From positions 248,001 through 312,000 of the forward strand of contig NC_088810.1 in the NCBI RefSeq assembly GCF_011386835.1: DNA of 64,000 nucleotides, in the 5' to 3' direction. This stretch comes from Chrysemys picta bellii. Its lineage: Eukaryota. Made by a program: the position numbers and the translations under genes. The notes below the pieces were generated by a model, which saw only the letters and a program-made list of their open reading frames with translations, did not search any database and was not told the DNA's origin. Of the stretch, positions 11,461 through 21,300 are shown in pieces (within the stretch, counting starts at the first letter, position 1; each line of letters starts with the position of its first letter).

Positions 11461-13029
11461 GCGCAAGGCAGGTGTGAGGAAAGGCCAATACACATACCAC
11501 TACAAACCCTGTGCTACCCTCTACACGGGTGCAGGGTGCGTGTAAACTTTCTGCCATCGTTTATACCCAGGGCGGGTGCAAGGATGTTTCGCGTCCCCCC
11601 CCCCCTGTTTATACCAGTGCCAGCCAGCATGAGCCTCTGTGGGGGGTGTCGATGGCTTTAGGCAGAGGGGATGTGGCCCCTTCTTGTAGCCCTGCTGGGC
11701 AGGTTTGCAGTCCCCCCACCCCACCCTGGTACATTGGGGCCCCTGAGAGATGCCGATAGGGCCAGGAGGACACAAGGCTGCAATTTGAGCTGTGGCCAAA
11801 GCCAAGGAGATGTCAGCTAATCTGTCCGGGGAGTGGCGTGGGACGGGGCTTTCCACTTTGCGGGCGGGCGGGCGGGTGGGCGGGCATGCTGGAAGGAGGT
11901 TGGCTAAAGGGCGCCTGTGAGATTTTGTCCTGTACAAGTCCCCATTTTCCTGGCAGAGGGGCTGGAAAAGGCATTTCCTCCCCACCCCTGTCCCCGGGGA
12001 GCCCATGCTATGGAAACCTCAGCAGCTACAGGCAGGGCCCAGATCACTTGCCAGCCAGCCAGTGCCATCTGGGCTGGGCTTTCTCCCCACTGGTACAGCC
12101 AGGGAGAGAACCCAGGAGTCCTGGCTCCCAGCCCCCCTGTGCTCTAACCCCCTAGACTCCACTCCCCTCCTAGAACCCAGGAGTCCTGGCTCCCAGCCCC
12201 CCTGTGCTCTAACCCCCCAGACTCCACTCCCCTCCTAGAACCCAGGAGTCCTGGCTCCCAACCGCCCCCGCTCTAACCACTAGGCCCAGCCCCCCATGAC
12301 ACGTGTGTGATCTGCGCTGCAGCCCCTGGGCCTGTCCCCCATGCTGACCATTCTGTGCCCAGCTCCCCCTCCCCACGGGCAGTTGTCCTCCTGCTGCGGC
12401 CAGCACAAAGCTGTCAGTGAGGCAGGGCTGGCCGCTGCACACCCAGCTTCACCTGTCCTGGGGGGCCCAGGGAACTGGGGGGGGGGGTTGCCAACTGCAG
12501 AGGGGGTAGCTGGGCCACTCTAGTTCCTGTCCCACCCGCCTGTCCCCTGGCTCTGTGCAAGGCGCTGGCCCTGGGCTGTGCAGCTCCCGGCGCGACAGGG
12601 GCCCCGATCTTGGCCCCGGGCGGGGGGAGGAGGGTCTGTGTAGCCGATCTCGGGCTGTGGATACAGAAGCTGCTGATCAGTCGGCGAAGTGCATGGGGCA
12701 GGGTGCCAGGCATCCCGCTGCAGCCAGCCACCTGGGAGCCGGGGTTCAGTGCCCCCCACTCAGCTGCTGCCCAGCCTGGGAGCCTGGCCCCCTCGGGGCA
12801 CCAATTTCATGGGTTAGCTGGGGAGCTCGTGAACCCAGGGGGGGGGGGGGCGTGGGGAATGCAGAAGAGGCTTCATCCAGCCGCATCCTCCCACGGCAGA
12901 GAAGGAAATTAAAGCATTAGCTGCCGGTTAGTGTCGCATCAGCACAACCAGCTTGGAGCAGCGGGCGCAGCTGGAAAAAGAGCATCAGGACTCCTGGGTT
13001 CTGTTTTACCTGCCCATCTTCAAGAGGGG

Positions 13030-13580
13030 AGTGGGGGCTAGTGGTTAGAATAGGGGGCTGGGAGCCAGGACTCCTGGGTTCTCTCCCTGGCTCTGGGGGG
13101 GGGGGGGGACTGGAGGTTAGAGCGGGGGGGCTGGGAGCCAGGACTCCTGGGTTCTCTCCCCGGCTCTGGGAGGGGGGGGCTGGTGGTTAGAGCGGGGGGC
13201 CTGGGCGCCAGGACCCCTGGGTTCTCTCCCCGGCTCGGGGGGGGGGGCGGGGGCTGGTGGTTACAACGGGGGGGGCTGGGAGCCAGGACTCCTGGGTTCT
13301 CTCCCCGGCTCTGGGAGGGGGGGCTGGTGGTTAGAGCGGGGGGGCTGGGAGCCAGGACTCCTGGGTTCTCTCCCCGGCTCTGGGAGGGCCGTGGGGGCTG
13401 GTGGTTAGAGCGGGGGGGCTGGGAGCCAGGACTCCTGGGTTCTCTCCCCGGCTCTGGGAGGGGGGGCTGGTGGTTAGAGCGGGGGGGGGCTGGGAGCCAG
13501 GACTCCTGGGTTCTCTCCCCGGCTCTGGGAGGGGGGGGCTGGTGGTTAGAGCGGGGGGGCTGGGAGCCAGGACTCCTGGG
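13030..13580. repeat. About 60-bp GAGAACCCAGGAGTCCTGGCTCCCAGCC family array (other arrays at 12090-12290, 38290-38510, 40420-40730, 46480-46660)
   Basis: About 9 units of GGGGGCTGGGAGCCAGGACTCCTGGGTTCTCTCCCCGGCTCTGGGAGGGGGGGCTGGTGGTTAGAGC. Confidence 0.95.
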
Positions 13581-14732
13581 TTTAACGCCCCCTCCCACGA
13601 GGGGGTGGGGCTGAAGTTGTTTAGGGGGCGGAAGGAGGGGGGACAGGCTGCTCATTTCCTTGCGCTGGCTCAGTGATTTGCCCTTTGACCCCATGTGCGG
13701 CTCCGGATGCAGCCTCTGTGCCAGCCAGTCTCCGGTGGAGGGAACAGGGGCCAGGACAGTCCCTGTGCTTCGGAAGGGGGGCCCTGGGGAGGAGGCAGGA
13801 ACAGGCCCCCCCCAAAGCCCACAGTGGGCGGGAATCTGTAACCTCCTGCCCGTGGAGTTGGCAGTGACAGGGGCTGGTCAGTAACTAGGGCTCCTCTTAC
13901 CCATCCAGCACGGACCTGGCTCGAGCCCCCAGCCAGTGACCTCGGACACGTACGCACCCCCTGGTGCCACCGCGGCCGCACGTTTCCTCGCACGCGTAAC
14001 AAAGAACTTCCATTCAAAGGCGCCGGGACCCCAGCGTTGGGGAAATCTCCGCAGCCACAGTGAAAAACAGGCGTCACTACACAAACCCAGCCCCGCAGTG
14101 AGTTGGGCAGGGTCCTGTGCCTCAGTTTCCCACCTTGTGGTGGGCAAGGCCAATGAACGATTGCCCCTTTAACACATCACTCCCCCCCACACACTCACCT
14201 TTGCTGTCCTTGGCTAGCAGAGAAACCCAGAGGTCAGGGGGGTGTTCACAGGGGTGCGTCTGCAACCCCAGAAAGCGGGGGGCATCACGCAGTGACTGGT
14301 CGCTGTGCACCTCCACACCCAGCTGTTTGCGACTCCCTCTGCTGCATTTCCCTGCCGCCAGGGTGCTCATGGCCTCTGCGATGCCACGTTCGGAGGGTGT
14401 ACTGCTGAACCCAGGTATGCAGGGATTTCAGCTCCGTGCCCGCACCGGCTGGCGGGAACCTCACTGCCAGCCCAGCCTGGGCGTCAGCCTTCGTGTCAGC
14501 GCTGGCCCCACACCAGGGCTAAGCCCTGCCTGTCCGACCCCTAGGCCTGGTCAGCGTCAGCGACTCACCTCTAGCAATCGCCAGCCAGAAACAACAGCTC
14601 ACCATGGCCTCCACCCAGCTCTGGCCTTGGGACACCAGCGAGGAGAAACTCAAACAGCACCTAGACAGCTCTAGGCAGTCCACTATCCCCCACCCCCCCT
14701 CCCCTGGTTAGCAAGTGGGGCTCAGGCTAGGG

Positions 14733-14965
14733 CCGTGGTCCCCAAACTTTTATGTCACCCGCCCCTTACCTGTAACGTAATCTGCCTGCGCTCCCCCAGG
14801 AGCCAGGGCTGGGGGCTGAGGCCTCGGTTGGGGGTGGGGCCTGAGCAGAGCTGGGTGGCTCCCCCTCCCTGCACCCCTGTGGGGGCTGACCCTGGCCCTG
14901 CTGCACCCCCTGAATGTTCCTCCGCACCCCCTAGGTGGGTGTGCCCCACAGTTTGGGGACCATTG
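14733..14965. mobile_element. hAT-type MITE
   Basis: Imperfect TIRs CCGTGGTCCCCAAACT / AGTTTGGGGACCATTG; 8-bp flanks GGCTAGGG / ATTTAGGG share TAGGG. Confidence 0.6.
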
Positions 14966-15080
14966 ATTTAGGGTGACCCCCCCCCCCCCGGTCAGGCTAA
15001 GCACAGCTCTGCTGCCCTGTGTTGTACAATCAGGATAACATCACGCCATGACCCTGGCACGGCCTCCTAGCGCGACTTTT

Positions 15081-15368
15081 CCCCTCTGTCGATACTCACA
15101 CCTTCTTGTCAACTGTTGGGAATGGGCCACATCCAGCCTGACTGAATTGGCCTCGTTAGCACTGACCCCTCCCCCACTCGGTGAGGCAACTCCCATCTTT
15201 TAATGTGCTGTATATTTATAGCTGCTACTGAATTTTCACTCCATGCATCGGATGAAGTGGGTTCTAGCCCACGAAAGCTGATGCCCATTTAAATGTGTTA
15301 GTCTCTAAGGTGCCACAAGGGCTCCTCGTTTTTGCTGATACGGACTAACACGATGACGCCTTGGAAAC
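15081..15368 (+). mobile_element. Penelope-like element terminal remnant with a degenerate hammerhead motif
   Basis: CGGATGA-A-GTGGG-TTCTAG-CCCAC-GAAA-GCTGATGCCC at 15249-15286 (hammerhead layout), followed by TGTGTTAGTCTCTAAGGTGCCACAAG, which I recall as the reptile Penelope-like 3' end. Confidence 0.65.
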
Positions 15369-15879
15369 ATAGCGCGACTTGTAACCTGCGAGATCCTTTG
15401 CCCAACGTGTGGGCTCACCAGGCAGAGCCAGCGTCAGTGCAAACATGGGTGGGTCCAGACCCTGCTCCCCCAGCTAGGGGTGAGCTCATCCAGACCCTGC
15501 TGACAAATCCACGGACCACCCAGCATCCCCTCCCCACCCCCAGTTATGGCTCCCTGCCCCCACAGGGCACCCACCTAGTATTGCCCCCCCAATCCCAGCA
15601 CAGGACACATGCCCCCCCAGTAAAGTACACCCAGCCCCACCAGCTGGCATGGCCCCCTCACCAATATATGGCACAGACACCCCCAACACTGCAGCCCCCT
15701 GGCCTAGAGCCAAAGCAACCCGTGGGAAGGGGGGGGGGGAGATGGGCGCGTGGGCGCGTGGGCTGGCTAATGAGCCAGGCAGATTTAATGGGCTGCCAGG
15801 AGGCTGCCTTCAACAACAAACAGAGCAAAGTCATTAACAGGCTCATAAACCCAGTCAGGCACCAGCCCCACAAACAGGA

Positions 15880-16160
15880 GTGAGGGGCACCGGCAGAGCT
15901 GGGCTGCGGGTTGGGAGTGAGGGGCACCGGCAGAGCTGGGGGGGGCAGGGGCTGCGGGTTGGGAGTGAGGGGCACCGGCAGAGCTCTGGGAGGAGTCCAG
16001 GGCTGGGCTAGCAGGGGGCTGCGGGTCGGGAGTGAGGGGCACCGGCAGAGCTGGGGGGGGCAGGGGCTGCGGGTTGGGAGTGAGGGGCACCGGCAGAGCT
16101 CTGGGAGGAGTCCAGGGCTGGGCTAGCAGGGGGCTGCGGGTCGGGAGTGAGGGGCACTGG
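15880..16160. repeat. GGAGTGAGGGGCACCGGCAGAGCT family minisatellite (also 22570-23060, 23200-23520, 24235-24600, 41130-41870, 48870-49510, 55310-55380)
   Basis: Tandem 55-65 bp units sharing GGGAGTGAGGGGCACYRGCAGAGCTG. Confidence 0.95.
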
Positions 16161-17075
16161 CTGAGCTGCGGGGGTGGGGGGGAGCTCAGGCCATGCCTCT
16201 GTCACTCCCCATCACTTCCCCCCCCAAGCAATGTTGCCTCCCCCACAATCAATGGGTTGGCCCAGTCGCTTCCTGCCAACCCCAAGGAAACAGCCTCCTG
16301 CTGCCCCGGGACCCCCAACCCCTGTTATAGCAATGGGGGGGGGGCTTGCTCTGGATGAGCCATCCGGGCTCCCTGCATAAACCTCCCCCTTCCCCCTGAG
16401 GCTCCCTCACAGCCCCTGAGGGGGGCGCAAGGGGGTGGGCTCTCTCTCCCCAGCCAGGTGGGGGAAGGGGAATGGAGAGCGGCTGCAGCTCTAAATGCTG
16501 ATGAAATCGGGGGCTCCCAGTGGGGGAGATGCTGCGGGGGGAAGAGAGGAATATACTGGGGAACAGGGTTGGGGGAACAGCAGTGGTTCCTCCCATCTGC
16601 TCTGAGTAGGATGGGGGGACCCAGCTGAGGCTGCCCTGGGGGAGCTGGGGAGGGGGCTGACTGATAAATGGGGTTTGCGGGGTACCGCCAGGACTGCTGT
16701 GGGAAAGGGAGGTGGGGCAGAGCATGGACCAGTCCCTCCAAGCAAGTCAGAGAGGGGCTGAGCCTGGGTGGGGGGTGGATCCTACAAAGTCTACACATGG
16801 GGAAGGGGAAAGAAAAGTGAGGGACTTAGCCCCATAGCTCTGGCCCTAGGGTCCCATGCCACCCCCGCCACCACCCCCACCCTGCAGGGACCTATCCTCC
16901 AGCTCTTGGGTTCTCCCCACTTCTGCCTCTCCAAATCTCCCACCTGCACCCCAGAATCCTCCATATGTGCCCCACAGGGATCCCCCGCCCCTCCCCCACG
17001 CCAGCTCCATTGATCGAGCTGTTCCTGGAAGAGAGATGAGCTCATATCCCGGGGGGGGGGGGGGGGGGGGGGAAG

Positions 17076-17106
<31 letters not shown>

Positions 17107-17686
17107 GAGAATTGATCCCTGCTGGGGGGCAGGGCTGGGAGCTCTCCCCAGGGTGGGGGAGCCTGGAGCTCCCCATGGGCCCAGCTGCACCCACCTTCAC
17201 CCCTCCTCAGCTGCTCAACGCCCCCACCTTGCACAGCGATACCCCTACCACCAGCTGCTGTGCACAGCCCCCGCTCCCCCCAAAGGAGGGGGTGTCACCT
17301 GTCTCCCCTTCCCCTGGTCTAGGGCCACCCCCAGATGTGAAGCCCCAAGGTTAACCCCCTCCTGCAGGGGTGCAGTAGCAGGGGGCCACGTGGGGGTCTG
17401 GGGGCAGAGGTTGGTGTGGGGGAGCCATGGGGGAAGGAGGGGGAGGGTTGAAAGGGCAGAGAGGGGTCGGAGGTCAGCAGGGTCTGTCTATCTGTCCCTC
17501 ACCCCACAGCTGGTCTACCATGGGGTGCTGGTGACACCTGGTGGCCGCAGCTGGCATCGCACCCCTCAGAGGTTTCCCCTCATACTCCTGGGGAGGGGTG
17601 TGGAGCAGACAGGGGGTTTGTGGGGGGGCAGACAGACCCAGACCCAGAGCGGACAGATGGATGGACCAACCCGTCGTTTCACCTGT

Positions 17687-17692
17687 TTTATT
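17687..17692 (-). terminator. CBLC poly(A) signal AATAAA
   Basis: TTTATT on the + strand, about 280 nt downstream of the last CBLC acceptor (17971). Confidence 0.7.
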
Positions 17693-18335
17693 GAGTCCAG
17701 ACACCCCCAGTTAAACAACTCCCCATGCCCCCCCCCGGATCCCCCCAGCCTCGGATCCCACAAGTGTCGCGTCTTTCTGGGGTCTGGCTGGTCTCTGGGT
17801 CATCGGTCAGGGGGTCTCTGTGCAGTACTGACTGGGGGCCTGGGACTCAGCCGTCCATAGGGGGCCATGGGTCGAGGCCCCAGGGTCAGTACAGGGTCAG
17901 CCCCTCCCCTTCGCTGGCCGCGGATCCTGGGGGTGTCTGTAAGAGTCTGGCTGGGAGTCCTGGGGGGTGACCTAGAATGAGAGAGAGACACACACGTCAG
18001 GAACAGACAGACGGCCAGTGAGGGGGTCGGTGTGGGAACCAGGGGGCTGGAGCGAGTGGGGGCTGCGGGGCAGTAGGACAGACTCACCCTGGCTGTGCTG
18101 TGGGGGAGCTGAGCTGCAGCCACCCGGACTCCTGGGTTCTCTGGTCACCTGGGTCGGTGGGGTTGAAGGTAGAGCTGTGGTTGGAGGAAGGGAGAAAGGA
18201 GGCCGTGAGCTAGTGGTCAAGGCCTGTCTGTCCCCCCCACTCTTCCCCTTCCCCATCCATCTGCCTCCCACGTCGGTCTGTCCCCCCATGACTCACTGTG
18301 TCTCCAGCGCTGTCAACCCCTCATCTGCCCCCCCA

Positions 18336-21300
18336 TCAGCTGGGCTCCTCAGGCCCCTGGGACAGGGGCGGGGCATGGGGCCTCCGGGGCCTGGGACGCG
18401 GGGGCAGCGGCCGATGCCAGATCCAGTCACTGGGGTTCTGGCTGGGGTGGCCCAAGGGGGGCAGTGGGAGGTCCTGGAGAGAGAGAGAGGGACATGGTTA
18501 CACTAGAGGGGAGACATCTTGCACACTTGCTTGCACACTCACCCACATTCCCTTGCACACATGCCCACTGTTGCACTGGCTTGCCCATGCCCCTTGTGTG
18601 CTCACCTGGGTGTGGGGGTCTGGATCCCTGGGCTGGAGCAGGTCCAGCCGGGGGAGGTACGGGGGGACCAGGCAGCTCAGGGTCCGGGCAAGGGGGGAAC
18701 GCAGGATGCCCTGCCTGTGGGGGGGAGACAGAGGTGAGGGTCGCTCCAGCTCTTCCTCCACCCCCTACATCCCCCTTCTGTCTTCCTGCCCCCTCCCCAC
18801 CCCTGCTCCATGCCTCCCCATCTCCTTGCCCCCCATCCTCCTTCCCCCCATCCCCTGCCTCCTGCTGCCCCCCTTGCCCCTCCGCTGTCCCCAGCCCCCA
18901 CCTTTCCTCCTGTCTCCTCATCTCCCCATCCCCTGCCTCCCGCTGCCCCCCTCGTCCCTCTGGTGCCCCCAGCCTCCCACCTTCCTCCTATCTCCTCATC
19001 CCCCCATCCCCTGCCCCTCACTGCCCCCTTTGCCCCCCCAGCATCCCATCTCCTCATCCCCCCCATCCCCTGCCCCCCACTGCCCCCCTCACCACCCTGG
19101 CATCCTCAGCCCCCCCACCTTCCTCCTCTCTTCTCATCCCCCCATCCCCTGCCTCCCGCTGCCCCCCTCGCCCCTCTGGTGTCCCCAACCCCCCACCTTC
19201 CTCCTGTCTCCTCATCCCCCCCCATCCCCTGCCCCCCCACTGCCCCCCTCACCCCCCGGCATCCTCAGCCCCCCACCTTCCTCAGAGCCGCCAGCTCCCG
19301 CAGCACCGACTCCACGTCCTCCAGGTCGTCGTCATCCTCGTCCGGAGCCGCCCCGGCCCCCTGCCCGCCGATGGGGTCGATGCAAATCACCTCGTGCCCC
19401 CGGATCTCCCGGCGGCAGAAGGGGCAGGTCGGGGCCTGCACTTGCTGGGAGGAGAGGGGGGTGTCAGGGGGCAGAGGGTTGGGGGGCTGGGGTCAGGGGT
19501 CACGGGCCTGGCTGGCTCTCAGGCACCCCACAATGGGGCTGGGGTCCCAGTGACCTGCCGGGGGCTCAGGCAGCTTCTGCACAGCAGGGTCAGAGGTCAG
19601 GGGTCATACAGTGGGGGTAGGGGCCAGAGGTCAGGCTGACCTTCCTGGTTCTCGTGCAGTCCCTGCACAGCAGGGGTCAGGGGTCAGAGGTCAGACTCAC
19701 CTGCCAGGTGTTCAGGCAGTCCCTGCACAACAGGTGCCCGCATGGCTGGAGCCGAACGTCCTTGTCGTTCTCGGCGCAGATTTTACAGAGCTGGAAAGTG
19801 GATCCCATCTGGGAGTAGAGCTGGGCTTGGTCCTGGGGGAGAAGGAGGGTGAGACTGGGCTTGGCTTGGCCCAGGGGGCTGGGAGGGCACCAGGACAGGG
19901 GGCTCAGGGTGGGGGCATGGCTGGGGTGGAGCAGCCCCGGTACTGACCGGTGAGACCTCGATCCGGTTCTGAGGCGTCGGTTCTGTCAGCTCTGTCAGGT
20001 CCGGATTCACGTTCTTCCCATCCGGATACAGGTAACTGGGGGGGCGCGGAAACTGTCAGAACCAGCCTGGTCCGACCAGAACCCCCCACAGATCCACACC
20101 AGGACCCAGCGGGTCGGCATCAGTGCTCCCAAAATCTGAGTAACCTGCGCCCGAACTGACCCAGAATTAAACCCACACGGCCCTGACCAGAACCGACTCG
20201 AACCAGCCCAACTCAGCCCGGCAGAACTGACCCACCAAATCCAGACCCACAATCACCCGGGCCCAAGTTCCAGACCACACCAGGCTCCGGGCACATAACC
20301 GGATTCTGCCCCCCAGGCCTCTGCCCCAATCTGCCCAGCAGGGCCCCCAGCTTGCCCAACTCCGTCACACCCTCGGCCGCCCCACTCCCTGCCAGACCCC
20401 CACTCACAAGCCCTCCTTGTGCCCCTCGATCAGCGCCTGGAAGAGGGGTCTGTCCTGGGGGATGGTCTGCAGGATGCTGCCGTCCCGGCTCACGTAGCCG
20501 ATGGCCCACTGCCCCAGCCGCGTGCAACTGAGCCGAAACACGTAGCTGGGGGGGAAACGGGGTCAGAGGCAGGGGGTGACCCCAAAGCCTGAGGGGGGCG
20601 CAAGGGGGTAGAGGCTGCAGGGAGCGGGGTGGGGGGCTCAGCGGGGGGCGCTCTCCCCTGGCAGTCAGTGCTGGCCCCATTGACCTGGGGACCTGGGCTG
20701 CAGGGAGTGGGGCAGGGGGCCGGGGGCACTCTCCCCTGGCAGTCAGTGCTGGCCCCATTGACCTGGGGGCCTGGGCTGCAGGGAGTGGGGCAGGGGGCGC
20801 TCTCCCCTGGCAGTCAGTGCTGGCCCCAATGGGCACTAGGGGGCCTGTGCTGCAGGGAGCGGGGTGGGGGGGGCTCAGCGAGGGGCGCTCTCCCCTGGCA
20901 GTCAGTGCTGGCCCCATTGACCTGGGGGCCTGGGCTGCAGGGAGTGGGGCAGGGGGCCGGGGGCGCTCTCCCCTGGCAGTCAGTGCTGGCCCCAATGGGC
21001 ACTAGGGGGCCTGTGCTGCAGGGAGGAGGGCTGGGGGCCAGCAGGGGGCGCTCCCCACTCTCCCCCACCGGGGTCCCTACCTGCCCGGCTTGTTGGAATA
21101 GGTTTGCAGCCGCGCCCTCACTTCGTCGTAGGTCAGGAAGGCCACGTAGCCCGGGTGCGTCACTGCCAGGTGCGTCCAGTTCTTCAGCAGCGTGGGCCAG
21201 GGCTGCAGGGGCACAAGGGTCGCGCTGGACGCCGAGGTCTTGCCCCCCCGCCCCCGAGACCCCCATTGCCTTTCTGTGCTGCCAGGGGGTGACCCCCCCA

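Noticed and set aside
16300-17670. Possible small gene between BCAM and CBLC (CATAAA at about 16376, several acceptor- and donor-like sites)
   Set aside because: I could not assemble a phase-consistent ORF with recognisable homology; such sites are frequent by chance in this composition.
18298-19639. 440-aa (+) and 391-aa (-) Pro/Gly-rich ORFs
   Set aside because: They run through the intron 8 minisatellite and overlap CBLC exons antisense or out of frame.
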